DNA of 64,000 nucleotides from Acidobacteriota bacterium (GCA_965263035.1 OZ253580.1:4320001-4384000); one strand, 5' to 3'; shown: positions 18,442-29,339, numbered from the stretch's first letter. The notes: generated by a model not told the origin, from the sequence alone. Numbers and translations: made by a program.

Positions 18442-20175
18442 GTGTTCCATCCCCCCCTCAAACGTGCCGGGCTCCGGCCGGTGCTCGCGAGTACGATCGA
18501 GGGTCCCTTTCAGCGCGGGTTGAGTGTCTTCTTTTTCGTCCTCGCCTTGGCGTCCCTGCGGGTGTCGAGCGCCGGCGCGGCGTCCGATTCAACACCATCC
18601 TTTCGGGACGTGAGCCGTGAGGCAGGCCTCTCCTTCACCCACGCCAGCGGGGCATCTTCCGAAAAGTATCTGGTCGAGACCATGGGCTCCGGCGGAGGCT
18701 TTCTGGATTACGATCGGGACGGCTGGATGGACGTCTATCTGGTCAACAGCGGCGCCACTCCCTCGTCCTCAGCGGCGCCCCCGGGAAAGAATCGGCTCTT
18801 TCGCAACAACCGGGACGGCAGCTTCAGCGACGTGACGGACCAGGCCGGGGTCGGCGACCCCTCCTACGGCATGGGCTGTGTCTTCGCCGACTATGACAAC
18901 GACGGCGATGTCGACCTCTACGTCACCAACCTGGGCCCCAACGTCCTCTATCGCAACAACGGCGACGGCACCTTCACGGATGTCTCGGCTGCCGCCGGCG
19001 TGGCCGATCCCCTCTGGAGCACCAGCGCCGCCTTCGGCGACTACGACGCGGATGGATGGCTGGACCTTTACGTCGGCAACTATCTGAAGTTCACCTTCGC
19101 GACGCACCGCCGCTGTTATTCGGGGGACCTCCTCATCTACTGTTTTCCCCACAGCTACGACGGAGCGCCCAATACGCTCTACCGCAACCGGGGTGACGGA
19201 ACCTTCGAGAGGGCGAACGAGAAGGCCGGTGTGACCGAGGAGGCGCAGTACTCCAAGAGTCTGGGGGTGCTCTGGCTGGATCTGGAGGGGGACGGCGATC
19301 TGGACCTCTACGTGGCCAACGACACGACGGCCAACTACGTCTTCCGGAATAGCGGTCGCGGAGTCTTCGAGGACGTCTCGTTGCTCTCCGGAGGCGCCTT
19401 CAACGGGATGGGCATGGCGCAGTCGGGGATGGGTGTGGACGCGGCGGATCTGGCGGGGAACGGGCACTACAGCATCTTCGTGACCAACTTCTCGCTTCAG
19501 ACCAACGACCTGTACTGGAACAACGGTCAGGGGATCCTCACGGACCACACGCTCCAGGCCGGGCTCTCCCAGGACAGCTTCCTGCCGCTGGGGTTCGGTA
19601 CCAACTTCCTGGACGCCGACAACGACGGGCTGCTCGACCTCTTCGTGGCCAACGGGCACGTGTTCGACAACATCAACTCCATCAATCCCAGTCTGGAGTA
19701 CGCCCAGCCCAACCAGCTCTTTCGAAATCGGGGTGCGGGCCGGTTCGAAGCCGTCTCGGCCCGGTCTGGGCCCTATTTCTCCCGCAAGAACGTGTCTCGA
19801 GGTTCGGCCGTGGCCGACTACAACAACGACGGCCGTCTGGACCTGCTGGTGACCAACAACAACCAGAAGGCGGACCTGCTTGAAAATCGGTCGGCGGGGA
19901 ATCACCACTGGCTGCAACTGCGGATTGAGGGGACTCACTGCAATCGGGACGGCGTGGGCGCCAAGGTGCGTCTCAAGACTGGAGGCCGCCTGCTCAGTCA
20001 GGAGGTCCGGGCCGGGAGCAGCTACCTGAGCCAGAGCGATCTGCGGGTCCACTTCGGGCTGGGCGCCGTCCCCGGGATCGAATCCATCGAAATCCTCTGG
20101 CCCTGCGGCCGGAGGCAGGCGGTGCCGCCCCCGTCCGGCGTAGACCGTATCCTGCCGGTCAAGGAGTCGGGCTAG
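18442..20175 (+). CDS. CRTAC1 family protein (FG-GAP/VCBS repeats + ASPIC/UnbV)
   Basis: Repeated DYDxDGxxDLYVxN; C-terminal GSSYLSQSDLRVHFGLG; start uncertain. Confidence 0.88.
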   Translation: MFHPPLKRAGLRPVLASTIEGPFQRGLSVFFFVLALASLRVSSAGAASDSTPSFRDVSREAGLSFTHASGASSEKYLVETMGSGGGFLDYDRDGWMDVYLVNSGATPSSSAAPPGKNRLFRNNRDGSFSDVTDQAGVGDPSYGMGCVFADYDNDGDVDLYVTNLGPNVLYRNNGDGTFTDVSAAAGVADPLWSTSAAFGDYDADGWLDLYVGNYLKFTFATHRRCYSGDLLIYCFPHSYDGAPNTLYRNRGDGTFERANEKAGVTEEAQYSKSLGVLWLDLEGDGDLDLYVANDTTANYVFRNSGRGVFEDVSLLSGGAFNGMGMAQSGMGVDAADLAGNGHYSIFVTNFSLQTNDLYWNNGQGILTDHTLQAGLSQDSFLPLGFGTNFLDADNDGLLDLFVANGHVFDNINSINPSLEYAQPNQLFRNRGAGRFEAVSARSGPYFSRKNVSRGSAVADYNNDGRLDLLVTNNNQKADLLENRSAGNHHWLQLRIEGTHCNRDGVGAKVRLKTGGRLLSQEVRAGSSYLSQSDLRVHFGLGAVPGIESIEILWPCGRRQAVPPPSGVDRILPVKESG

Positions 20176-20176
20176 C

Positions 20177-21421
20177 GTGACTCTGTTCCTCCCGGCCGCC
20201 TGGGGGGTCTTTTTTTTCCTCCAGGGGATCACGACTCCTCCCGATCCGCTGTTGGAACGGGCTCTCCGGAAGATCGCCGTCAGCGAAGACTACGTGGGGG
20301 CTCTGGCCGACCTGGAGGCGTCGCTCCGCGGCCCCAATTCCAATCCTCAAGCCCACTACCAGGCAGGGGTCTGTCACACCATCCTGCGGAACTACTCCAA
20401 GGCTCTCGACAGTTTCCGCAAGGCCAGGGAACTGGGAGTCCACGGGTGGGAATTGGAACTGGGTTTCGGCATTGCCTACATCCATCTGGGTCGGGACGCC
20501 GAGGCACGCGACCACCTCGAAAGGACTCTCTCCCTGCAACCCGGCGATCCGAACGCTCTCTTTCATCTGGGGCGGCTGGATCTCAAGGCAGGAAACGCGG
20601 CTCGCGCCACAGAGCGATTCCGCCAGGTGCTGGCTCGCCAGCCGGACCATCAGGGGGCCCTCTTCAGCCTGGGCTCGGCCCTGATTCGCCAGGGGAAGGA
20701 ACGGGAAGGGAAGAAGGTGCTGGAACACCATCGGCGGATCGGTCACCTCCAGGGACGCCTCAAGTCGCTGAGTCTCATGGCCAATTCTCCCAAGGCCTCT
20801 TCCGACGTCTTCGCCGATCTGGGAGACGTCTATCTGGAGCTGGGCCGGAATGAGGATGCCCTCAAGGCCTACGATAGAGCCGAAGAGCTCGCTCCAGGAA
20901 CGGCCCTCACCGGGTTGGGACGGGGAACCCTGGCCTATGGGAAGGGCGATTGGACGGAGGCCAGGACCCATCTCTTGGGATATCTGGAGAAAGTGGGCGG
21001 AGACTGCCAGGGGTATCTCCTGCTGGGCCTCATGGAAAAACAGGAAAGGAAGTACGGTCTGGCTCGCCAACACCTGAATCGCGGACTCGAGCTCTGTCCC
21101 GGGCGCCTTCTGATTCTGGCCAGCCTGGCCGAGCTGGAGCTCCAGCGGGGAAACGTCGCCGGAGCCGAGGATTACTCGCAGAAGATGATCCGGATCGATG
21201 CCGATTTCGCGGCCGGCCCTTTCTTTCTGGCCTTTTGCCGCATCTACCAGCAGCGCCTGGAGGAGGCCGAGGAACTGGGCCTGCGGACCCTGGAACTGGA
21301 CGACAGGAATCCCAATCACCACCTCCTCATGAAGGCGGTCTACCAGGCCCGAGGGGACGCCGAGAAAGCCCGCCACCACGAGGACCGGGCCAATCAACTC
21401 CGTAGCGGCACCGGTCCGTGA
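20177..21421 (+). CDS. Tetratricopeptide repeat protein
   Basis: Multiple A..LG..Y TPR motifs; directly after the CRTAC1 gene. Confidence 0.85.
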   Translation: MTLFLPAAWGVFFFLQGITTPPDPLLERALRKIAVSEDYVGALADLEASLRGPNSNPQAHYQAGVCHTILRNYSKALDSFRKARELGVHGWELELGFGIAYIHLGRDAEARDHLERTLSLQPGDPNALFHLGRLDLKAGNAARATERFRQVLARQPDHQGALFSLGSALIRQGKEREGKKVLEHHRRIGHLQGRLKSLSLMANSPKASSDVFADLGDVYLELGRNEDALKAYDRAEELAPGTALTGLGRGTLAYGKGDWTEARTHLLGYLEKVGGDCQGYLLLGLMEKQERKYGLARQHLNRGLELCPGRLLILASLAELELQRGNVAGAEDYSQKMIRIDADFAAGPFFLAFCRIYQQRLEEAEELGLRTLELDDRNPNHHLLMKAVYQARGDAEKARHHEDRANQLRSGTGP

Positions 21422-21528
21422 GGCGGATCAGATCCTCGGAATTAGTGGAAATTGTGCATTAGAAATGCATATTTTCCATACAAAGACGACCATCTCCCAT
21501 ATTTCCATCTGCCTGGATCCGGACCCAG

Positions 21529-21687
21529 GAGCCTGCGCGGCAGAAATTGATCTACTGCGAAAGCGGTAGAATCGGTCCATATTTCCCCGATTTCTCGGCG
21601 AATAGAACGACTATGCACCTCAAAATCGAGAAAATCTGGCCTCGATTCCCCGCTTTCTCGCTACGATCATTCCTACCGCGCAGACTC
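21529..21687 (+). mobile_element. MITE family A copy 1 (159 bp)
   Basis: Imperfect TIRs GAGCCTGCGCGGCAGAAATTGATC / GATCATTCCTACCGCGCAGACTC; CCAG 4-bp direct repeat on both sides; 4 copies in window. Confidence 0.85.
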
Positions 21688-21692
21688 CCAGG

Positions 21693-22648
21693 ATGCAGAA
21701 TTACATCGAGCGTTCCCTGGAACCTGTGCTCAGGCGGCGGTCTCCGAGTTTCCCGCCGTCGTCCTGACCGGACCCCGCCAGTCGGGCAAGACGACGCTCC
21801 TGCAAGAGCTTTTCGGCCAACGTTGCCGATACGTCTCTTTGGAGCTTCCGGACGTTCAGGCGTCCGCGCTGCACGATCCGCTCACATTCCTGGAATCTTA
21901 TCCGCCGCCCGCCATCTTCGATGAGGTGCAGTACGTTCCCGATCTGCTTCCGTACATCAAGGAGAAGATCGATGCGAACCGGAACCAACAGGGCCAGTAT
22001 CTTTTGACCGGCTCACGGAATCTGTTGCTCATGCAAAGGGTGACGGAGTCGTTGGCGGGTCGAGCGGCAATGCTCCGCTTGTTGCCGCTCTCCAGACGGG
22101 AGGTCGAGGGACGGCCCCTTCTCCCTCTTTCCTGGGAACGCAGCGGGCTGCCGTCCGCAAGGCCTGGCTCTCCGTGCTTGAAGCCAGCTACCAGGTAACG
22201 GTGCTGCGCCCCTACTTCGCCAACGTCGGGAAACGCCTCGTCAAGCGCCCGAAAATGTATTTCACGGTCATGGGGACACTCTGTCACCTCGTGGGCCTCA
22301 AGGAAGCCGAACACGCGGCTTCCGGGTCCCATGGGGGGCGCCATCCTGGAGACGGCGGTCTTGTCCGAAATTGTCAGGACGCTGACCCATCGAGGGATCG
22401 AGCCGCGGGTCTACTTCTGGAGAACCATTGCCGGGACGGAGGTCGACTTCGTGATCGAGACCGGTGGGAAGCTGGTGCCGATGGAGGTGAAACTTTCCGC
22501 CACGCCACACCGGGCGGTGGCTGCTGCCGTCAGGACCTTCCTGAAGGACATGAAGGATTCGGCGATGCCCGGATATCTGGTGCATCCGGGTGACATTCAC
22601 CTTCCTCTGGGGTCCGGAGTGACCGCGCGCCCCTTCGCCGACCTGTAA
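21693..22648 (+). pseudogene. AAA-family ATPase (AAA_14 + DUF4143 type) pseudogene
   Basis: Walker A GPRQSGKT, DEVQ, LTGS, ESLAGR; C-terminal KRPKMYF and EVDFVIE...EVK; frameshifts near 21735 and 22328 and an internal deletion near 22160. Confidence 0.85.
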
Positions 22649-22739
22649 CCGCTCTCGGAGAATCTGGAAGTGAAAACCGCGAAATGAAGAAAGGAGCCTC
22701 ACCTCCGGGTAGAATGGCCAGGCTTATTCAGGCGGACTC

Positions 22740-24808
22740 ATGTCATTGAGGACTTTTCTGCGAAATCTTCCTCCCGGCCAGGTGGCCACCATCGCCGGGG
22801 TGGGTTGGCACTCGGGAACCGAGGCCGCCGCCACCGACGCGGGCTGGCCCATGGGAGTGGTGCGCGATCCGAAGGGGGATCTCCTCGTCGTGGACTACCA
22901 CGGCCAGCGCATCTGGAGGATCGACGGCGAGGGAATTCTGCACCCGTTCGCCGGCGACGGAGTCCAGGGGTTCGCCGGGGATGGAGGTCCCGCCAGCGAC
23001 GCCCGCTTCGACTCACCCCATGATCTCTGGAGGGATCGGGAGGGGAATCTCTACCTGAGCGATCTGGGGAACCACCGGATCCGCCGCATCGATGCCGCCA
23101 CCGGCGTCATCACCACCGTGGCGGGGTGCGGCGTTCGGGGCCGGGAAGGGGATGGAGGCCCGGCGACGGAGGCCCAGTTGGACATCTCCTCCGGCGTGGC
23201 CAAGGACTCGCAGGGCAATCTCTACATCGCCGACGAACCGTCTTCCACCGTCCGGAAGGTGGACACCCAGGGCATCATTCGCCGCTACGCCGGAATCGGC
23301 GTGGGGGGCTTCAACGGAGACGGGATCCCGGCGCTCGAAGCCGCGCTCTATCACTGCGAGCATCTGGCGGTCGATTCGCGGGACAACCTCTACATCTGCG
23401 ACAACAGCAACGACCGGATCCGCAAGGTCGACCGCCGGGGCATTCTGACCACGGTTCTGGGCAATCCCTATCCCGCGGGCGTGGACTGCGGTTCCCTCCG
23501 ATCTTCCATCGGTGATGGAGGCCCGGCCGTCGACGCCTGCATCATCATGCCCGACGCCATCTTCATCGACGCCCGGGACAATCTGTACGTGGCCGAGAAG
23601 TACGGGTTCCGGGTGCGCCGCGTGGACGCGGCCACGGGCATCGTCCGGACGGTGGTGGGCACCGGGGTTCCCGGGTTCGGCGACGACGGAGACGTTGGTC
23701 CCAAAAGTCAGATCAATTCCTGCGAGTGCGGTCTCTGGGCCGACCCCGACGGCACCACGTTCTGGAGCGATTGCAGCGGGCGCCTGAGAAAGGTGGACGG
23801 ACGGACCGGCATCGTCTCCACGGTGCTGGGGGGCGTGTCGGTGAGAGACGGAGGTCTGGCGACGAACGCCTTCATCACGGGTCCCAACGGCATCGCGGCG
23901 GGGTCCGACGGCACCCTCTATTTCGCCGACCTCTGGGGACAGCGGATCCGGGCCGTGGACCTGGAGACCTGGCAGATCCGGACCGTCGCCGGAATGGCGT
24001 CCGTTTCTACGGCGGGGACGGAGGAGCGGCCGTCGACGCCTATCTGGGCAACCCCCACGACGTGGCCCAGGGACCGGACGGAGAGATCTACATCGCCGAC
24101 ACCCGCTACAACCGAATCCGGAGGGTCGATCCTGCGGGCTCGATTGCGACCCATGTGGGGACCGGCATGAGCTACGACTCCGGAGATGGAGGACCCTCCG
24201 TCTCCGCCGCCGTGACGGCTCCCCTTGCGGTGACCGCCTCGCCCCGCGGCGAGGTGTATCTGGGAGACTCGGTGGGGCGAATTCGCCGGGTCGACCCTGA
24301 CACCGGGGTCATCACCACCGTGGCCGGCACCGGGAGGCCGGGATTCGGCGGGGACGGGGGACCGGCCCGTGAGGCTTCCATCTCGGGACCGTCGGCTCTG
24401 ACCTTGGACCGCGAGGGTAACCTCTATTTTGCCGACACCGGAAACCATGCCGTCCGTTGCGTCGACGTCAACGGACGGATGCGGACCGTGGTCGGGACGG
24501 GACGCCCGGGGCGGGCTCGCGAAGGCGCCCGGGCGGATGAGGCTCCTCTCGACTCTCCACGCGGGGTGGCCGTGGACGGGGACGGCAATCTCTATATTTC
24601 GGACACGGGCAACCATCGCGTGCTGGTCTCGACCCGGGAGCGGGGCGTGCGCGTGTTGGCCGGAACCGGTGAAGGCGGGGAATCGGGAGACGGGGGACTT
24701 GCTACCCGCTGCCGTCTCAACCATCCTACGGGCTTGGCGCTCCTGGAGGGATGCCTGCTGGTGAGCGATCACTACAACAACCGCATTCGGGCCATCAAGT
24801 TGCCGTGA
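22740..24808 (+). pseudogene. NHL-repeat (teneurin-like) protein split by a 1-nt frameshift
   Basis: GDGGPA, GNLYIAD, RIRRID and ITTVAG repeats continue from ORF 22740-24170 into ORF 23726-24808 at ~23992; could be an assembly error. Confidence 0.75.
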
Positions 24809-24857
24809 TTTCGGGAACCGGGAATTGAAAGCTTCCCGGCGCCGAGGGAGGATCGAG

Positions 24858-26645
24858 ATGAAGTTTGCCACCCAACTCCTGCTGCTGTCGCTCGTTGCGT
24901 GCTCCCCCGGGAACGGCGGTTCGGAAGAGACCCCGACTCCACTTCCCGACGTGACCACGGGGTCCGCAAGCGCCCTGGGCACGACGGCGATGACGGTCAA
25001 TGGCAGCGTTCATCCCCATGGCCGTTACACCACGACCTACTTCGAATACGGCCTTTCGACCGAGTACGGGTCGCGAACCGAGGAAACGCCCTTGCCCCCG
25101 CGTCTCGGCGCCGTCTATCACGAGACCTGGGACCAGGGTCTCGGCGGATGGGCGAGTTGGCTGGAGAGCGAGAGCTTCGACACGGGCGGCGCCGAGGGCG
25201 GCTTCGTCCGGTTCTCGGAGCCGAGCGGGCACGATCGCAACCACGACGACGGGATCGGCACGCTCCATCTGACCAAGTACCTCTGGACCGGATCCTTGGG
25301 TGCAGGAGAGGACACGGACCGCGCCTGGCTGGGCGGGGGCGATCCGGATCTCCGGGGGGCTCGCGTGAGCCTCTGGGCCCGGGGCAACGACTGGCAGCCC
25401 AACGGCTCCGAAGTCCTGTGGTGGACGCAGAGCCAGAGCAACATCGAGCTCGGGCACCAGCCGGGATGGCGGCGCGCCAATTGGGCCTACACCGGGCATA
25501 CCCTCACCGATCAATTGCTGGACGGCCGTTGGAACCTCGTCGACTACCGCTTGCTGAACGATGCCTCGCAATGGACCTATGGGGGGAACAACCCGACGCT
25601 CCAGGGAGAGAGCGCCGCCCGCTACGCCTACTGGTCCATCGATCAGGCCCAGGCCCACGTCAACTGCGACTTCTTTCACTTGGCGGCCACCGTGGACATC
25701 GACAATCCGCCCACGGGATCGCTGGACTTCGACGACTTTCGGCTCGTCTACCGGAATCATTCCCTGGTCTATCCGTCCAACGGCGGCCGGTTGATCCGGT
25801 GGCCGGAAGGCGCGGCCGAAGCTCCGGCCCAGGTCAACGATGGATGGCGCCACGGACCGGGCCGCGCCTGGCGCAGCGGGAGCCGGCCGGACCGGCCTCA
25901 GGAGTTCGTCTTCGCCCTGGACCGCGAGGTCACGGTGAAGACCATCCAGGTCCATCAGAACCCCGAATGGCCCGGGAAAGAGGTGGAGGTCCTGGCGTCG
26001 GCGGACGACCGCCAGTATGCAATGGTGGCGACCCTGAACCTGCCGGAAAAAGGGGAGCGGGGACCCAACTTCGCCTTCGCTCTGGAGACCGGCCTCGCGG
26101 CCCAGGCCCGTTACCTCAAGTTCCGCCTGCTCTCCGGCTATCGGGAGGAGCACTGGGGACTGGGAGAGATCGAGGTCTTCGGCAGCGGCGCCCGGATGCT
26201 CCCGGATGATGACCTCTATTATGTGAACACCGACCTGGAGGGTCTGACGCCGGGCGCGACGGTTCGCTACCGGCTGGTGGCCTCCAGTGCGGAGGGAACC
26301 GTCCACGGCGAGGACCGGACCTTCACCGTTCCCGACAGCCGCAAGCCCCGCGCCCGAACCGGGAAGGCTCTCCGAGTAGGTGCCCGCCAGGCCAAGGTCC
26401 AGGGCCGCCTCAACGCCATGGGACTCCGTTCCCGTTTTCACTTCGAATATGGGAACAACCCGGGGTACGGTTCCAAGACGCCCGAGCAGTACGCCGGGCA
26501 GCAGATCAGCCCCCGCACGGTCTTCCACGAGTTCCGGGGCCTGAAACCCTCGACTGGTTACCACTATCGCCTGGTGGTGGCCAACGACGAGGGGGTCTCC
26601 TACGGCGGCGACCGCAGCCTCCACACGGGAACCGGATCTCCGTAA
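24858..26645 (+). CDS. Lipoprotein with FN3-like repeats and F5/8 type C (discoidin-like) domain
   Basis: LVAC lipobox; two FEYG..YG / GL.P...YRLV FN3-like motifs; ARYLKFR...WGLGEIEVFG. Confidence 0.7.
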   Translation: MKFATQLLLLSLVACSPGNGGSEETPTPLPDVTTGSASALGTTAMTVNGSVHPHGRYTTTYFEYGLSTEYGSRTEETPLPPRLGAVYHETWDQGLGGWASWLESESFDTGGAEGGFVRFSEPSGHDRNHDDGIGTLHLTKYLWTGSLGAGEDTDRAWLGGGDPDLRGARVSLWARGNDWQPNGSEVLWWTQSQSNIELGHQPGWRRANWAYTGHTLTDQLLDGRWNLVDYRLLNDASQWTYGGNNPTLQGESAARYAYWSIDQAQAHVNCDFFHLAATVDIDNPPTGSLDFDDFRLVYRNHSLVYPSNGGRLIRWPEGAAEAPAQVNDGWRHGPGRAWRSGSRPDRPQEFVFALDREVTVKTIQVHQNPEWPGKEVEVLASADDRQYAMVATLNLPEKGERGPNFAFALETGLAAQARYLKFRLLSGYREEHWGLGEIEVFGSGARMLPDDDLYYVNTDLEGLTPGATVRYRLVASSAEGTVHGEDRTFTVPDSRKPRARTGKALRVGARQAKVQGRLNAMGLRSRFHFEYGNNPGYGSKTPEQYAGQQISPRTVFHEFRGLKPSTGYHYRLVVANDEGVSYGGDRSLHTGTGSP

Positions 26646-26696
26646 ACCTGCCATCGAGTCCGGATTCGCTCCGGGGGGCCCGGCAAGGCGGCGACC

Positions 26697-28016
26697 TTGA
26701 ACTTGCACCGACTGCTCCGACGGCGACTCGAGAATGAGGGACCCGTCCGAGTGGGTCTCATCGGCGCCGGCAAATTCGGATCCATGTTCCTTTCCCAGGT
26801 GCCGTCGACCCGGGGGCTGTTGGTGCCGGTCATCGCGGACCTGGATCCGGACCGGGCGCGCGAGACCTGTCTGGCCGTGGGCTGGGACCAGGATCGGGTC
26901 GCCCGCACCCGCATCGTCCGCAACGGTCTGGAGCTGGCTGCCGCTCCTGATGTCGAAGTGGTGGTGGAAGCCACGGGCCAACCTCTGGCCGGACTCGCCC
27001 ACGCCCGATGCGCCATCGGGGAGGGGAAGCACGTGGTGATGGTCAACGTCGAGGCCGACGTGCTGGCCGGCCTGGTGCTGGCACGGGAAGCGGCTGCCGC
27101 GGGAGTGGTCTATTCCATGGCCTACGGCGACCAGCCGGCCCTGATCTGCGAGTTGGTGGACTGGGCGCGAGCCTGCGGTTTTCGAGTGGCCGCCGCCGGC
27201 AAGGGAACCCGATATCTGCCCGCCTACCACGCGTCGACTCCGGATACGGTCTGGGACCACTACGGCATCACCGCCGAGGCGGCTCGGGCCGCCCGAATGA
27301 ACCCCCGGATGTTCAATTCCTTCCTGGACGGGACCAAGTCGGCCATCGAGATGGCGGCCGTGGCCAATGCCACCGGGCTGACCCCGGCTCCGGGAGGATT
27401 GACCTTTCCTCCCTGTGGAGTGGAAGAGTTGGCCCAGGTGCTCTGTCCCCTTGAAGCCGGCGGCCAACTGCACCATCGCGGTCAGGTGGAGGTGGTCTCG
27501 TCATTGCACCGGGACGGCAGCGTGGTGGAACGGGATCTGCGCTGGGGAGTCTACGTCGTGGTCGAGGCACCCAACGAATACACCGCCGGTTGCTTTCGCC
27601 AATATGGCCTGAACCCCAACCGGGCGGGCGGCTATGCCGCCCACTACAAGCCCTTTCACCTGATCGGACTGGAGCTGGGCATATCGATTCTGTCCGCCGT
27701 GTTGCGCGGCGAGCCGACCGGCTGCCCGAGCCGTTTCGCGGGGGACGTGGTGGCGGTGGCCAAGCGGGATCTGAGGCGTGGCGAGGTCCTGGACGGCGAG
27801 GGCGGGTACACCGTGTGGGGAAAGCTCATGACCGCCGCCGGCAGCGTGGCGTCGAACGGCCTGCCCATCGGACTCGCCCACGGCGTCCGATTGCGCCGGG
27901 AGATTCCGGCGGGCCGATCCCTGAGCTGGTCCGACGTGGAGATCGATCCCGAACTGGAGGCGGTGCGACTGCGCCGAGCCATGGAGCAGACGTTGGCGGA
28001 AACCTCCGCGGACTGA
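26697..28016 (+). CDS. NAD(P)-dependent oxidoreductase (homoserine-dehydrogenase-like) with C-terminal SAF domain
   Basis: GAGKFG, NVEAD, GDQP, SFLDGTK, AKRDL..GEVLDGEGG. Confidence 0.88.
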   Translation: MNLHRLLRRRLENEGPVRVGLIGAGKFGSMFLSQVPSTRGLLVPVIADLDPDRARETCLAVGWDQDRVARTRIVRNGLELAAAPDVEVVVEATGQPLAGLAHARCAIGEGKHVVMVNVEADVLAGLVLAREAAAAGVVYSMAYGDQPALICELVDWARACGFRVAAAGKGTRYLPAYHASTPDTVWDHYGITAEAARAARMNPRMFNSFLDGTKSAIEMAAVANATGLTPAPGGLTFPPCGVEELAQVLCPLEAGGQLHHRGQVEVVSSLHRDGSVVERDLRWGVYVVVEAPNEYTAGCFRQYGLNPNRAGGYAAHYKPFHLIGLELGISILSAVLRGEPTGCPSRFAGDVVAVAKRDLRRGEVLDGEGGYTVWGKLMTAAGSVASNGLPIGLAHGVRLRREIPAGRSLSWSDVEIDPELEAVRLRRAMEQTLAETSAD

Positions 28017-28096
28017 CTTTCGGTCCTGGACCCCATTCTCGAAGGGAACTGTTGATCGCACAAGCGCCGGCTCGTTCCGGTGAGTTGCGCTGAAAA

Positions 28097-28144
28097 TTGT
28101 CTATCAATAGCAAAAACTAGGGAAGTTTTACTATTGATAGACAA
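28097..28144. promoter_or_regulatory. Operator-like inverted repeat
   Basis: TTGTCTATCAATAG-20 nt-CTATTGATAGACAA, perfect 14-bp IR in an AT-rich patch upstream of the HTH gene. Confidence 0.65.
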
Positions 28145-28168
28145 AAGATCTCTCAGTATCATTGCGGA

Positions 28169-28679
28169 ATGCAGATATCGGAGATCGCAGACGTCATTCG
28201 CCGGGAATTGGAACGCCGTGGAACCAACGCGTACCGGGCAGCAGTGGATGCTGGGCTCCCCCAGAACGCCATCCGATCCGTTCTCAGGGGTCGAGAACCC
28301 GGAAGCGAACGCTTGGCCGAAATCTGTCAGGCGCTGGAACTCGAATTCTACGTCGGGCCGCCGAAAAGTCATCACGAGGAGACGATCCAGGAGGTGAGCA
28401 GGACCCCGGAGTCGGTGGCCGAGGACCCTCGGTGGGTGACCCAGCTCCATGCCGGGTTGCAGGAACTGAAAGCCCAGTTGGCCTCTTCGCAAGCCGAAAT
28501 CGAGGCGTTGCGCCGGCAGATCGGTCATTATCTTCGTGATTCGCAATGAAGATGGCGTCGTCATCAAGAGAGCGGAGAAGGACAAGAGGGAAAACTGGTT
28601 GCTGACGAGCGATCATCCCGCTTTGAAGCCGGAACCGTTCCGTAGCCTTGACCGGCGTAGTTTCGGAGGGATCCCATGA
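28169..28679 (+). pseudogene. XRE-type HTH / S24 peptidase (cI/LexA-like) repressor, disrupted
   Basis: HTH ORF 28169-28549; another frame 28530-28679 reads IFVIRNEDGVVIKRAEKDKRENWLLTSDHP, an S24 C-terminal signature. Confidence 0.65.
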
Positions 28680-29314
28680 TTCGGACTGCCGGCGCGGTTC
28701 TTACCATCGGCCATTCCAATCACGCTCTGGACGCGTTCATCGAGCTCCTGCGGCAACACCGGGTCAACGCCCTGGCCGACGTTCGCTCGGCGCCGTACAG
28801 CCGCTTCAATCCGCAGTTCAACCGGGAGTCGTTGGCTGCCTCCCTCAAGGCAGAGGGGATCGCGTACGTGTATCTGGGGCGGGAGTTGGGCGGCCGGTCC
28901 GGCAACCGCGACTGCTACGACGGCGAGGGGCGCATCCGCTATGACCGGGTCGCCGCAACCGAGTCGTTCCGGCGCGGACTCGATCGCGTCGTGGATGGCG
29001 CCGCCAGGCGCCGCATCGCCCTCATGTGCGCGGAGAAGGAGCCGCTCCACTGCCACCGGACGCTCCTGGTCGCCCACGAGCTGGACAAACGCGGCGTCGG
29101 CGTTGACCACATTCACGCCGACGGCCGGCTGGAGTCCCACGATGACGCCATGGATCGCCTGGTCGAGCTCGCCGGCCTGGGGCTTGACGGCCATCTGTTT
29201 CGCCGGGCGCAACCTCGGGCGGAGCTGATCGCCGAGGCCGTGGAACGGCAAGCCAAGCGTGCCGGCTTCGTGGACAGACATCTGGCCGCCGCTTCCAACG
29301 AATCGGGACGGTGA
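28676..29314 (+). CDS. DUF488 domain-containing protein
   Basis: TIGHS, DVRSAPYSR, ELGG, LMCAEKEPLHCHR motifs. Confidence 0.9.
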   Translation: MIRTAGAVLTIGHSNHALDAFIELLRQHRVNALADVRSAPYSRFNPQFNRESLAASLKAEGIAYVYLGRELGGRSGNRDCYDGEGRIRYDRVAATESFRRGLDRVVDGAARRRIALMCAEKEPLHCHRTLLVAHELDKRGVGVDHIHADGRLESHDDAMDRLVELAGLGLDGHLFRRAQPRAELIAEAVERQAKRAGFVDRHLAAASNESGR

Positions 29315-29339
29315 ATCCGTCCGTCCGCTCTCGCGCCGG

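Noticed and set aside
21547-21924. Recurrent '[16 protein letters not shown]' ORFs (also 42554, 49901 and reverse versions)
   Set aside because: Translations of MITE A rather than an independent gene family; one copy has an early stop
24795-27476. Long antisense ORFs (893 aa here; also 16794-18461, 30892-32478, 7141-8628 and others)
   Set aside because: Shadow frames of real genes, expected in high-GC DNA; no recognisable motifs
26697-28016. Flagellar FlgA annotation often given to this family
   Set aside because: Rossmann dehydrogenase plus SAF domain, with no flagellar gene context
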